DNA of 64,000 nucleotides from NCBI GenBank assembly GCA_036149055.1, contig JAYZQJ010000209.1, positions 1 to 64,000 of the forward strand, read 5' to 3'. Shown one piece after another: positions 9,555 to 18,684 of the stretch. Each line of letters opens with the position of its first letter. Position 1 is the first letter of the stretch. The notes beneath the pieces are model-generated. The model ran no database searches, had not been told where the DNA came from, and worked only from the letters and a program-made list of their open reading frames with translations. Made by a program: the position numbers and the translations under genes. This stretch comes from Myxococcota bacterium (GTDB taxonomy: Bacteria; Myxococcota_A; Polyangia; Polyangiales; Sandaracinaceae).

Positions 9555-9627
9555 GGGCCGTTAGCTCAGTTGGCAGAGCAGTGGGCTTTTAACCCATCGG
9601 TCGCAGGTTCGAGCCCTGCACGGCCCA
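9555..9627 (+). tRNA. tRNA-Lys (anticodon TTT), CCA not encoded
   Basis: Acceptor GGGCCGT/ACGGCCC, D arm GCTC/GAGC, anticodon arm GTGGG-CTTTTAA-CCCAT and T arm GCAGG-TTCGAGC-CCTGC. Confidence 0.97.
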
Positions 9628-9651
9628 CTGGCCCCCTGATAACCTTCTCCT

Positions 9652-9724
9652 GTCCCCATCATCTAGAGGCCCAGGATACCGGCCTTTCACGCCGGCGACG
9701 CGGGTTCGAATCCCGCTGGGGACG
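9652..9724 (+). tRNA. tRNA-Glu (anticodon TTC), CCA not encoded
   Basis: Acceptor GTCCCCA/TGGGGAC, anticodon arm CCGGC-CTTTCAC-GCCGG and T arm GCGGG-TTCGAAT-CCCGC. Confidence 0.97.
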
Positions 9725-9742
9725 CTACTCGTTCTGAGCTCG

Positions 9743-9776
9743 AGCGCCTCTGGCACCGCCAGGGGCGCTTGCGTTT
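9743..9776 (+). terminator. Terminator-like hairpin after the tRNA pair
   Basis: AGCGCCTCTGGC-ACC-GCCAGGGGCGCT followed by TGCGTTT. Confidence 0.6.
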
Positions 9777-9804
9777 GATCCCGAAGGCTCGCTCCGGGCC
9801 TCCC

Positions 9805-10434
9805 CTACATCTCGTTGAAGCCGAGCTCCCCCAGGTGCCGGACGAAAGCTTCCCTCGTCCTGGCGGCGGCCGTCAGGAACGGCTGACCGTCGAGCGCGCT
9901 GATGAGCGCGTCACCGCGCCGGTAGATCGTGAGATCCTGGTGATCGACGACTCGCTCCCAGCTGGCTTCGATCCGCGGCATCACGGGCTCGGGGTCCTGT
10001 AGGTCACCGGCGTGTTCGAAGCCGCCCCACGCGGTCTGGAGGTAGAGCAGAATCTCGAGGAACTGGCTGAGCCGGACCTCCTCCGAGTGCCACTCGAGGG
10101 TGTCCTCGCCGAGTACGTTGCCCACCTCGGCATCCGCGCCTTCCTCCGGGCGACAACCCCAGACGCATGCGCCCTGGTTCTCCTCGCAGAAGAGGATGCG
10201 TCCCTCCGAGTACCTGAGCCCGGCCGGACCGTAGAACCGGTTGTGCGCGGCCATGACGCACGGCTCTGCGCCGCAGGCGAGATAGAACGCTCGAAGGGGG
10301 GCTGGAATCGCGACCCCGAGCCGACGCTCGGCGTCGGCCGCCGCGGTCTCCGCCACACCCACGGGCCGCCGTTCGTACAGGCGCTCGAAGAGCTGCACGA
10401 AGTCGGTCTTTCGATCTCGGGGCCACTTGCTCAT
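9805..10434 (-). CDS. SMI1/KNR4 (SUKH)-like protein
   Basis: AERRLGVAIPAPLRAFYL and LFCEENQG..VWG, typical of SUKH-superfamily immunity-like proteins. Confidence 0.7.
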   Translation of the reverse strand: MSKWPRDRKTDFVQLFERLYERRPVGVAETAAADAERRLGVAIPAPLRAFYLACGAEPCVMAAHNRFYGPAGLRYSEGRILFCEENQGACVWGCRPEEGADAEVGNVLGEDTLEWHSEEVRLSQFLEILLYLQTAWGGFEHAGDLQDPEPVMPRIEASWERVVDHQDLTIYRRGDALISALDGQPFLTAAARTREAFVRHLGELGFNEM

Positions 10435-10519
10435 CGAACCGGCTGTACCGGAAGGAGAGCCCGAAGGCTACGCCGCGACCTCCATCTTCGTCTGAGCCAT
10501 CCGTGCTACCACCATCATC

Positions 10520-10756
10520 ATGCTGCGCGCTCTTCTCGGCATGATCGTCGGGCTCACCCTGCTGCTGACCGCTCAGGTGGCAGAGGCTGACATCCTTCCC
10601 CCTGGGCCGGCTCGCCCGTCCTGGGAGGATACGCCGCTGCCCATGCCGGAGGATCCGCCGCCGGCCCGCTCCATGCTGCTGGTCCTGGCGGGTTTGGGGC
10701 TGGTCGGTCTGGGGACCGTCGCGATCCATCGTCGGCGTCGTGCCCTTGCCGAGTAA
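10520..10756 (+). CDS. 78-aa secreted microprotein with C-terminal TM helix and Arg cluster
   Basis: Signal peptide ending AEA|D, Pro-rich linker, hydrophobic helix and HRRRR tail. Confidence 0.65.
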   Translation: MLRALLGMIVGLTLLLTAQVAEADILPPGPARPSWEDTPLPMPEDPPPARSMLLVLAGLGLVGLGTVAIHRRRRALAE

Positions 10757-11888
10757 GGGCGACGTGCTCGTCTCGGGCCGCTTCTTGGTGGTCCGCGCCG
10801 GGTTGGGATCTCCGGTCCTCGCGGAGGATCGCGAGGAGGGGGGGCTCGTCGAGGTCGTCCAGAGCGACGTCGGGCTGCTCGACCGTGTCGCTCTCGAGGA
10901 GATGCTCACGCGCGCCCACGCGCTCGGGGACGCGCGGCTGGTGCTCGCGCTCACCACTCACCCGGTGTGCATCCCGTACGAAGCCGACGACCCGACGCCC
11001 GCGAGCGGCACCGCCGAGCTCGCCGACGCCGCGCTCGACCTGCTCGAAGTCGTCGGCCTCGCGCTGGCGGCACGGGTGGAGGTCGATCCACGCCGCGCCT
11101 GGCTCGGGTCGAGCGGAGTCCGCCTCCCCGCGCCTGCGCCCGCGCTCTACTGGCGCCGCTGGGCGGTCGAGGGCGCAGGTCCCGAGCTGTTCATGGCGGG
11201 GGTCTGGGAGTGGTACCGTCGCCGCCGGGCCGCGATGGAGCCCCGCGTCGAGCTTCCCCGTGAATGGGACGGCTCCCGGGTCGGAGAGCTCGCGGCGCGG
11301 TTCGCCGCCGAGTGCTCGAACCGCGCCCTCGGCGAAGCCCGGGCGCGCGCCCTCGCGGAGTGGCACCGATTCGATCCGCCTCGCCCGGACCTCGATCGCG
11401 TGATCGAGCTGGGTGAGGCGCTGTTCGCCCGTGTCGGGAGCAGTGAGCCGGCCATCGACTACGAGCCGCCGCCGGCGGACTTCGTGCTGGCCGCCGCGTA
11501 CCACCACAGGGCTTGTGTGGCGTGGGCCGAGGGACGAAAGGACGCAGCGCGCTCCGACGTCTCGCGCGCCTGCGCGATCGATCCCTATCCTCGCTACCTG
11601 ACGACCGCCGCGCTCTTCGAGGAGGGCGACGTCGCTGCCGGCCTGCACGACCGGGCCGTCGCCGCGATCCTCGAGGCGCACGAGGACCCGTTCCTGGACG
11701 GTGGGAACCTCCGCGAGCGAGTCGATGCCCGAGACGCCGCGCGAACGCTCCATGCCCGCGGCGTGCATCGGCTGCGCGCCGGAGATCACGAGGCGGGCGT
11801 GCATGACCTCCGCGAGTCGCTTCGACACCTGAGCGATCCTCGCGTGGAGGCCGCGCTCGAGCGCGCGCAGGCTCGTAGCCGCGGGTAG
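10740..11888 (+). CDS. Hypothetical protein with TPR-like C-terminal helices
   Basis: AYHHRA...DAARSDVSRACAIDP and TLHARG..RLRAGD.EAGVHDL. The start is uncertain. Confidence 0.6.
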   Translation: MPLPSKGDVLVSGRFLVVRAGLGSPVLAEDREEGGLVEVVQSDVGLLDRVALEEMLTRAHALGDARLVLALTTHPVCIPYEADDPTPASGTAELADAALDLLEVVGLALAARVEVDPRRAWLGSSGVRLPAPAPALYWRRWAVEGAGPELFMAGVWEWYRRRRAAMEPRVELPREWDGSRVGELAARFAAECSNRALGEARARALAEWHRFDPPRPDLDRVIELGEALFARVGSSEPAIDYEPPPADFVLAAAYHHRACVAWAEGRKDAARSDVSRACAIDPYPRYLTTAALFEEGDVAAGLHDRAVAAILEAHEDPFLDGGNLRERVDARDAARTLHARGVHRLRAGDHEAGVHDLRESLRHLSDPRVEAALERAQARSRG

Positions 11889-11935
11889 TGGCTTTTATTT
11901 CTTGCGATCACGACTCTCGGGCCGGCGAGCGCCAC

Positions 11936-12250
11936 TCACCCGACCGCCCACAGCATCTCCCACTCCCCGCGGTGCACTCCGAAGTAGAGCTGCCCGTCGG
12001 TGCCGAGGTTCAGCCCGAGCAGCTCTCCGTCGAGCTGCATGACGAACTCGCCCACGAAGCCCCCGTCGTCCAGCCAGTGTGGCCACCCGCCGACGTGGGG
12101 GAACAGCCCGGCCCCCACGCGGTCGCCGAGCAGGGCCGAGGCGCTCGGAAGCTCATCGAAGGCTCGCCGGAGCTCCCGGGAGATCAACGCGTGAGCGTCC
12201 TCCCCGGTCGGGTAGGTCGACACTCGGCGGCCGGACGACTCGAGGAGCAC
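11936..12250 (-). pseudogene. Probable 5'-truncated DUF1963/YwqG-like fragment
   Basis: HVGGWPHW...VMQLD...NLGTDGQLYF resembles the YwqG C-terminus. There is no convincing start or RBS. Confidence 0.45.
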
Positions 12251-12360
12251 CAGCTGGTCTGGGTCGACTTCGACGGCGCCTGGGGCTGACGATGGGGTCG
12301 TGCTCCATCGAGGCTCCGAGAGGTTCGTCGTGACGGCGAACTCATCGCGCGCATACTTCC

Positions 12361-13236
12361 ATGATGACCTCGCCGCGCCTCCTCCTCGCCGTCGTGTCGG
12401 TCCTCGCGCCCTGCAGCGCGGCTCTCGCGCACGACTTCATCCTCTGGCCACGGCCGGGACATCTGCCGGCGCCGGGAGAGGTCCGGCTCGAGCTCTGGGT
12501 CGGGGATCATCTCGCCTTCGAAGAGCAGCGTGGCTTCCAGGTCGAGCGCGCGGACCGCTTCGACCGAGTCGACGCTTCGGGCGCCCACGACCTACTCGCG
12601 GGGCGGGTCGATGCAGATCCCCCCTTCGCAACCGTCGCGCTCGATCATCCGGGGGGGCACACCCTCGTCCTCGACCGGCCGGCTGTGAGCATCGAGCTGC
12701 CAGCGGACCGCTTCGAGCACTACCTCGAGCACGAAAGGCTCGCCGGGGTGGTGCGCGAACGCGCGCGTCGAGACGAGTCGCAGCGTCCAGGTCGCGAACG
12801 GTACACGCGGCACATCAAGACGTTCGTACAGGTGGGCGACCGCTTCGACTCCGCGGGATGCCGCGCGATGGGTCAGCCGCTCGAGGTGGTCCCGCTCATC
12901 GACCCGGCGCGCCTCGCCGAGGGACAGGTGATGGAGGTCGAGCTCCGGCGCGATGGCCGCGCGCTCGGAGATCATCCCCTGGAGGCGATGACGCTCGTCG
13001 AGGGCCGGCCGCGCTCCACGCACATGCGGACCGACGCTCGCGGCCGCGCCCGACTTCGCTTGGACAACGAGGGGGAGTGGCTCCTGCGGTCGGTCAACAT
13101 GCGCCGCTGCGAGCAGAACTGCGACGAGGTCGACTGGGAGAGCCGCTGGACGGCCTACACCTTCCACGTCGGCGCCCGGGGCTCGCACGAGCCCACCCGG
13201 TGTTCCGAGAGACGAAGCGCTCGGCCTCGTCGCTGA
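12361..13236 (+). CDS. DUF4198 family periplasmic protein
   Basis: Signal peptide ALA|HDFILWP, FEHYLEHE, RERYTRHIKT, LEVVPLIDP and RTDARG motifs. Confidence 0.85.
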   Translation: MMTSPRLLLAVVSVLAPCSAALAHDFILWPRPGHLPAPGEVRLELWVGDHLAFEEQRGFQVERADRFDRVDASGAHDLLAGRVDADPPFATVALDHPGGHTLVLDRPAVSIELPADRFEHYLEHERLAGVVRERARRDESQRPGRERYTRHIKTFVQVGDRFDSAGCRAMGQPLEVVPLIDPARLAEGQVMEVELRRDGRALGDHPLEAMTLVEGRPRSTHMRTDARGRARLRLDNEGEWLLRSVNMRRCEQNCDEVDWESRWTAYTFHVGARGSHEPTRCSERRSARPRR

Positions 13237-13325
13237 GCGCGGCCCCCACCGGGTCACGCGGGGCGCCCGAGCTCACACGGCCGGAGCGGCAGCAGCTCTT
13301 CGCGGCCCGTGCCGCGTGAGCATCG

Positions 13326-13853
13326 CTAGCGTGCCAGGGCTCGCCAGAGACGCCGGCAGAGGTCGGCGCCGTCGATGGGGACGCCGGCGCGAACACAGTG
13401 AGCGATGGTGCCGAGCGTCATGCAGGAGGCGAGCTCGGGGGTGGCGGTGAGCTCGAGGTCGGCGACGAGCTCGAGGACCTCGCCGTCCTTGGCGTCCTGT
13501 CGACGGCGGTTGGTCGCGTCGAGGTACGCGTGGTGGGGTTGGCCGACGAGGAAGAGGAGCATCTGCGGCTCGTCGTTCGCGAAGTCGATGAACGAGCGCA
13601 CCAGGGCCTCGAAGCGTGACTTGCGGCTCCGGCCGGGGCGGCTCCGCTCGCGGTACTCCGTCGCCCGGTCGAGCACGAGCGTGTAGAGGTCGTTCGCGAG
13701 GGCCGGCTTGTCGGGCCAGCGCCGGTAGAGCGTGCCCACCCCGACGCCGGCCTTGCGGGCGATCTCGTCCACCGTGGCCGCGCCGTAGCCGCGCTCGTTG
13801 AAGAGCTCGAGCGCGGCGGCGTGGATGCGCTCCTCGATGGTCGGTTCGCTCAT
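13326..13853 (-). CDS. TetR family regulator
   Basis: AALELFNERGY..TVDEIARKAGVGVGTLYRRWPDK. Confidence 0.93.
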   Translation of the reverse strand: MSEPTIEERIHAAALELFNERGYGAATVDEIARKAGVGVGTLYRRWPDKPALANDLYTLVLDRATEYRERSRPGRSRKSRFEALVRSFIDFANDEPQMLLFLVGQPHHAYLDATNRRRQDAKDGEVLELVADLELTATPELASCMTLGTIAHCVRAGVPIDGADLCRRLWRALAR

Positions 13854-14377
13854 GGTGCGTGTTCCTCGCTCGGGGCGCCGGCGCCCATCTCTGCCGTGAT
13901 CCTCTCGTAGTAGATGTCGGCTCGCTCCTTCGAGTAGCCGTCGATGACGAAGGTGCCGATCCCGACCAGGCAGAGGACGATGGCGACGGCGCGGGGCAGG
14001 GGAGCGGTCGTCGACCAGAAGAGGATCGACGCGATCGCGAAGAGGATGGGCGCGGCGATCTGCGTTCCCACGTAGAGGGACGCGAAGCCCTCGACGCGCG
14101 CCTTCTCGGCCCGCACGAAGGCGTCGGGGTCCGCGCGGTGGTCGGCCTGGAACTGCTCGACGCGCGCCGTGTTGCTCAAGTAGGCGGACACGCCGCCGGC
14201 GAGGAAGACCAGCCCCGCCAGGACGAGGGGCACCGGGAGCGCCCGGGTGAGCTGCATGTCCCCGAGCTTCCAGCAGAGCAGGCCGCCGACGACCAGCGCC
14301 GCACCGACCGCGCCCATGACGACGCCGTCGAGGAGCTCGCCCCGCGCCCAGGCGACGCTGTGCTCGACGAAGGCCAT
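13850..14377 (-). CDS. Four-TM membrane protein
   Basis: MAFVEHSVAWARGE..., four hydrophobic helices, FVRAEKARV and ERADIYY. Overlaps the TetR start (ATGA). Confidence 0.8.
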   Translation of the reverse strand: MAFVEHSVAWARGELLDGVVMGAVGAALVVGGLLCWKLGDMQLTRALPVPLVLAGLVFLAGGVSAYLSNTARVEQFQADHRADPDAFVRAEKARVEGFASLYVGTQIAAPILFAIASILFWSTTAPLPRAVAIVLCLVGIGTFVIDGYSKERADIYYERITAEMGAGAPSEEHAP

Positions 14378-14517
14378 CAGGAGACGACCTCGGCGGCCTG
14401 CGCGTGAAGCGGGGCCGTCCACGGCGCGAGGGCGGACTCGGTGACCGACATCAGGCGCTGGCGGATCGAGGCGTCGAGGGCCTCGGGGTTCGGCTGGGTG
14501 ATGGTGCCCTCCGACAC
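14377..14517 (-). pseudogene. 46-aa remnant resembling the C-terminus of an SDR dehydrogenase
   Basis: The frame reads VSEGTITQPNPEALDASIRQRLMSVTESALAPWTAPLHAQAAEVVS* with TGATG coupling to the next gene. It is not in the ORF track. Confidence 0.4.
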
Positions 14518-14526
14518 GAACTAGGG

Positions 14527-14571
14527 GCGGAGGAAATCCTCCGCAAGTCACCTGCGGAGGATTTCCTCCGC
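14527..14571. promoter_or_regulatory. Twin palindromic operators GCGGAGGA-N2-TCCTCCGC overlapping a promoter
   Basis: Copies at 14527-14544 and 14554-14571. The minus-strand TTGCGG-N17-TAGTTC spans the first copy. Located upstream of the TetR operon. Confidence 0.75.
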
Positions 14572-14575
14572 GCGG

Positions 14576-15550
14576 CTACTCCCTCGCCAGCTCGGCGCGC
14601 AGGTCCATCAGGATCTGCCCGAGCATGTTCTTCCCGGTGCCGTCGCCGCCGTCGCCCCAGTAGGAGTCGTTCTCCGTGTGCTCGACGAGCTTGGCCGTGC
14701 CGGTCGCGAGCAACATGGCCCCCAGGGCCTCGTGCTGCCGGAACTTCGCGGCGACCGCCTCGCGCATCACGGCGACCTTCGCGGACTCCCAGTCTCGCCG
14801 CAGCTTCCGTCGCCGGTCGCGGCCCAATCGCGCGGCGAGCATCGCCTTCTTTGCGGCGCGCACCGCCTCGCGGTCCTTCGGGTCCTCGAACTTCTGGGCC
14901 TGGAAGTAGTGCTCCACGGTCTTCCATCGCTGCCCCCGGATCACGATCGGGTAGCGCGCGAAGTTCGACAGCTCACCGTACTCGCCGGTCGCCGAGTAGA
15001 AGCGGACCACGTCCGGTCCCACCCGCTCGCCCGCGCCGCCGATCTCGAAGTCACAGGCGCCGGACTCCTCGAGCGACCGCAGCGCCCGGATCGCGAAGTA
15101 GAGGTCCAGCCCTTCGAAGACGGCGGGGAGGCTCGCGAGCCTCTCGCTCAGCTCCGCGGGCGTGGGCCGGCGAAGGATCGCCTTCAAGTGATCCACGGCC
15201 ACGTCGGCGTCTCTGACGGCAGACACGGTGAGGGTGTTCGAGCGGTCCCACTTCGTCGCTCCCGCCAGGTCGACGCCGCGATGGTGCGCCCAGAGGAAGT
15301 CTTCGAGGCCGACGTGGGAGCCGAGCTCGATGAGCTCGGAGCGCGACGGGACGAAGAGAGCTCCGACGCTGCCGATGTAGCCACACGGGAGATAGACCAG
15401 GTCGCCGCCGATCCGTACGTCCGCGTCGTCGAAGTCGGAGTGCCCGACGCCACGCGCCTGCAGGGCGTCCCGGCCGAGCCGGACGAGGCGCCGCTGGTCG
15501 GGGTCGTCGAGATCGACCTTCGCCAGTCTCCAGGGGGGCTGCGTGTCCAC
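14576..15550 (-). CDS. NADAR (YbiA-like) domain fused to an uncharacterised N-terminal domain
   Basis: C-terminal LSNF..YPI, TVEHYFQAQKF, AKFRQH, LVEHTENDSYWGDG and GKNMLG. GTG start after GAGAGGA. Confidence 0.88.
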   Translation of the reverse strand: MDTQPPWRLAKVDLDDPDQRRLVRLGRDALQARGVGHSDFDDADVRIGGDLVYLPCGYIGSVGALFVPSRSELIELGSHVGLEDFLWAHHRGVDLAGATKWDRSNTLTVSAVRDADVAVDHLKAILRRPTPAELSERLASLPAVFEGLDLYFAIRALRSLEESGACDFEIGGAGERVGPDVVRFYSATGEYGELSNFARYPIVIRGQRWKTVEHYFQAQKFEDPKDREAVRAAKKAMLAARLGRDRRRKLRRDWESAKVAVMREAVAAKFRQHEALGAMLLATGTAKLVEHTENDSYWGDGGDGTGKNMLGQILMDLRAELARE

Positions 15551-15584
15551 TGTCGTCCTCTCTGCGAGGGGCCAACCGTCCGCG

Positions 15585-16703
15585 TCACTCTTCGTGGTGC
15601 GAGACGTACCGCCGCTCGGACGGATCGAACCGCCGCACCGCGCGATCGTCCAGGACCTCCTCGCACTCGTGCCCGACCGCGTTGTCCGGCCCGGGAGACC
15701 AGGCCTGGTAGACGAGCCGCTCGCTCGGCGTCTCGGCGAGCGCGCGTTGGAACCGCGCGGGCAGGGACGCCTCGTGCGCGGTGCAGCCCCGGTCGATGAG
15801 CATCCAGTGGGTGAGCACCAGGTCGTCGTGTCCGTCGCCGTCGACATCCTCGAAGAAGGCGCGATACAGCGTCGGCGGGTCCTGGCCGCTGCCCTCCCAG
15901 GGGTTCTCGTCGAGCATCGGCTCGCCGTCCTGGTCGAAGACCAGGAACCTGGCGACCGCCGACTCGACCTCGCGGTATCCCCCGCTCGTCTCCTGTGACT
16001 CGAGCGTCGCTCGGTACAGCACCGAGAACTCCAGGACGCCGTCCTGGTTGAGATCGCGGAGGGCGACCTCCACGTCCTCGATCGGGAGAGGCGCGCCTTC
16101 CAGCTCGCGCTCTTCCAGGATCTCCATCGTCGTGGGGTCGACCCGCGCGCCGCCCGCGATCACCAACCTCGAGTCAGTCCCCTCCGGAAACCCCGTAAAC
16201 GAGCCGCAGTCGGCCGTCTCGGCTTCGGCGCTCTCCACGTCCATCGTGGCCTCCATGACGCGCCGCTCGTTTCGCTCCGAGGGGTCGGCCTCGTATGCCG
16301 CCGACGCCTCTTCGTAGAGCGCATACGCCTCGGCGTTCCGGGCGTCGGCCGCGGTGAAACACCCCTCCTCTTCCTCCGCGGCGAGGGCCTCGGTCTCCTC
16401 CAGCGTACCGGCCGCCTCCTCGCCGGCGCGAGCGACGTCGGCCCGGTCGTGCGCGATGACCATCACCACGCGCACCTCGGAGCCGTACGTCGCCGCCCGC
16501 GCGCCGCGGACCGAGGGACGGACGAGCAGCTGCTCCCCGAGCTCATCGAGCACCGCCGCCACGTACGGCGCGGCGTCCACTTCCTCGTTGGCGGCTTCGA
16601 CCGTCGGCTCGGGCGCCGGCGGTCGGGGCGTCGTCGGTGGCGATGGAGACGACGCTCCGCAACCGACCGTGAGCGCGATCCACGCGGCGAGCTGAGCTCT
16701 CAT
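15585..16703 (-). CDS. Acidic lipoprotein with FG-GAP/VCBS-like DxDxDG motifs
   Basis: LTVGC lipobox, DLNQDGVLE and DVDGDGHDDL. Confidence 0.75.
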   Translation of the reverse strand: MRAQLAAWIALTVGCGASSPSPPTTPRPPAPEPTVEAANEEVDAAPYVAAVLDELGEQLLVRPSVRGARAATYGSEVRVVMVIAHDRADVARAGEEAAGTLEETEALAAEEEEGCFTAADARNAEAYALYEEASAAYEADPSERNERRVMEATMDVESAEAETADCGSFTGFPEGTDSRLVIAGGARVDPTTMEILEERELEGAPLPIEDVEVALRDLNQDGVLEFSVLYRATLESQETSGGYREVESAVARFLVFDQDGEPMLDENPWEGSGQDPPTLYRAFFEDVDGDGHDDLVLTHWMLIDRGCTAHEASLPARFQRALAETPSERLVYQAWSPGPDNAVGHECEEVLDDRAVRRFDPSERRYVSHHEE

Positions 16704-16805
16704 GCGCCGAGCATACTCCGTCGTGGTGCGAACGTGTGCATGCTTAGCTGCGCACGGCGTCGACCGGAGCCATCACGAGAGGTATACGTTACCGGAGAGC
16801 CGCCC

Positions 16806-17123
16806 ATGCCTTCGATCGTCACGCCCGTGCCCATCGCCGACCTGACCGGCTGGCCCACCAAGCGTCTGCTCGCGCTCCGCGACGCGCTGCTCCGGTGCGA
16901 GGACAGCTTCGACTGCTCCGACGCGCACTTCGACGAGATCGACCCCGCGCGCATCCGCTTCAAGGCCGATCCCCGCTGGGCGGAGCTCTATGACGCCACC
17001 CGCGCCGTGCTCCGCGCCCGCGAGCACGTGCCCTCGAGGCGGGAACGGAAGCTCCAACGCACGCGAGACGCCGCTGCGCGCTCGCGTGGCCGTGAGCCGC
17101 GGCCGAAGCGCGGCGCTCGCTGA
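16806..17123 (+). CDS. Hypothetical protein with basic C-terminus
   Basis: MPSIVTPVPIADL..PTKRLLA...LRAREHVP. GGAG lies upstream. Confidence 0.65.
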   Translation: MPSIVTPVPIADLTGWPTKRLLALRDALLRCEDSFDCSDAHFDEIDPARIRFKADPRWAELYDATRAVLRAREHVPSRRERKLQRTRDAAARSRGREPRPKRGAR

Positions 17124-17146
17124 GCTCCCGCCCGCGGGCATCGGAC

Positions 17147-17311
17147 ATGGACTGTCGAGAGTACCGAGCGCTGTATCTCGAGCTCACCGCGTACCCGCTT
17201 CCGAGTGGGACCTGGGAGGAGCTGGAGAGACTCGGGTTCGAACGGCCGCTGGAGCAGGACATCCCGGCGGCGTTCCGTTCCTCCGAGTGGCGACGAGCGC
17301 GATCGTCCTGA
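17147..17311 (+). CDS. 54-aa small ORF, possibly an internally deleted gene remnant
   Basis: MDCREYRALYLELTAYPLPSGTWEELERLGFERPLEQDIPAAFRSSEWRRARSS* fills the intergenic gap exactly. It is below the ORF-track cutoff. Confidence 0.4.
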   Translation: MDCREYRALYLELTAYPLPSGTWEELERLGFERPLEQDIPAAFRSSEWRRARSS

Positions 17312-17313
17312 GC

Positions 17314-17901
17314 TCAGCCGGCGAAGGCCGCGTCCATTCGGGCGCGATCGTGGTCGAGGAGCAGGTGGCTCAGGTCGCGGTAGAGCTGCGCGAGGTGGTC
17401 TCTTGGCGCGAGCACGTCCATGCCGCGGTCGTCGTAGGGGTGGGCCAGCACCCCGTGCTCTGGCGCGGCGAGGAACACTTTGCCGGAGCTGCGGGGGCGG
17501 ACGCCGATCTCGGCGGCGATGGCGGCCCAGAGCGCCATCGGGATCGCGGCGACGGGGATTCGGTCGGCGACGAACCTCTGGCGCTGGTCGTCTGGCTCAC
17601 TGCGGCTCCACGTCTCGGCGGCGTCGCCGAGGCGTACGCCGCAGTCGGCGAGCTCGCCGCGCAGGGGAGCCAGGTCGCGGTAGGTCGAGACGACGAGCAC
17701 GACCTCGTCTCGACCGGCGAAGAGAGAGGTCAGGATCTCTCGCCCCCGGTCGAACGAACGAACGAAGCCCTCGACGCCGAGGGCGCCGCCGAGTTCGAAG
17801 CGGAGCGCGAAGCGGCGACGGTGGAAGAGCGCCGGCTCGAAGACGTCGTCCCCGAACGCGGCGGTCATCGAGGAGATGAGGGGCGGCGGGGCGGGGTTCA
17901 T
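17314..17901 (-). CDS. DUF3885-like protein
   Basis: ALRFELG and HPYDDRGMDV..LY..LLDHDRARMD. Confidence 0.75.
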   Translation of the reverse strand: MNPAPPPLISSMTAAFGDDVFEPALFHRRRFALRFELGGALGVEGFVRSFDRGREILTSLFAGRDEVVLVVSTYRDLAPLRGELADCGVRLGDAAETWSRSEPDDQRQRFVADRIPVAAIPMALWAAIAAEIGVRPRSSGKVFLAAPEHGVLAHPYDDRGMDVLAPRDHLAQLYRDLSHLLLDHDRARMDAAFAG

Positions 17902-18557
17902 GCGTGCATTCGCGCGGCGACCTGGTTGATCTGCTTCGAGTCGAGAATGTCGCCATCCAGACCCTCGCGCGCGGCCACGATCATCGCCTGGCCGATCTCG
18001 GCGTTGGAGGTCGCGCCCCCGAGGACGCGCAGGGCCGGGGAGAGCGCGGTGCCGACTACGTAGGCCGTGCGGTAGAGCGCGCCTCGCACCTTGGCGCCGT
18101 GGCGGTCGCGGATGTAGGCGGGGCGGAACACGGTGACGCCGCCGAGCCCGAGCGCGCGGAGGTCGTCCTCGGTGCGCTTCTTCACCCGGGCCCACATCGC
18201 GCTCCCGTCGGCGCCCGAGCCCGAGACGAAGCAGAAGCGCACGCCCGGGCTCCGCTCCGCGAGCAAGGTCGCCGCGTGCAGGGTGTAGGCGTGCGTGATC
18301 CGGGTGTAGGTGGCCTCGTCCATCCCGGTGGACGAGACCCCGACGCACCAGAAGCACGCGTCGATGCCGGTGAGCCGATCGGCGACCGACGAGAGGTCGC
18401 CCATGTCCTCCACGACGAGCTCGGTCAGCTTGGGGTGCTGCGCGCCGGTGGGGGCGCGGCCGAGCACGGTCACGGCGTGCACCTCGGGAGAGCGCAGCGA
18501 CTCCGCCAGGACGCCCGTGCCGACGAAGCCGGTAGCTCCGGTGATGAGTACGTGCAT
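17898..18557 (-). CDS. NAD(P)-binding epimerase/semialdehyde dehydrogenase-like protein
   Basis: ITGATGFVG, DACFWCVG, VSGSGAD and FRPAYI motifs. Confidence 0.88.
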   Translation of the reverse strand: MHVLITGATGFVGTGVLAESLRSPEVHAVTVLGRAPTGAQHPKLTELVVEDMGDLSSVADRLTGIDACFWCVGVSSTGMDEATYTRITHAYTLHAATLLAERSPGVRFCFVSGSGADGSAMWARVKKRTEDDLRALGLGGVTVFRPAYIRDRHGAKVRGALYRTAYVVGTALSPALRVLGGATSNAEIGQAMIVAAREGLDGDILDSKQINQVAARMHA

Positions 18558-18684
18558 GGGTCGACTCCTCGGTGGAACGGGGTTGGTGAGAGGTCCATCC
18601 AGCCGCGCCCGCCTCCATCACATACCGTCCCTTCGGGGACGGCGCGAGGGAAGGGGAGCGTGCGCTCCGTGGTATCTGAGCGGC

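Noticed and set aside
9777..17901. Classical integron cassette array
   Set aside because: Gene orientations are mixed, no recurring attC-like sites were seen, and there is no IntI.
9555..18600. Prophage or integrative element at the tRNAs
   Set aside because: No integrase, phage genes or duplicated tRNA 3' end was found by eye within the window.
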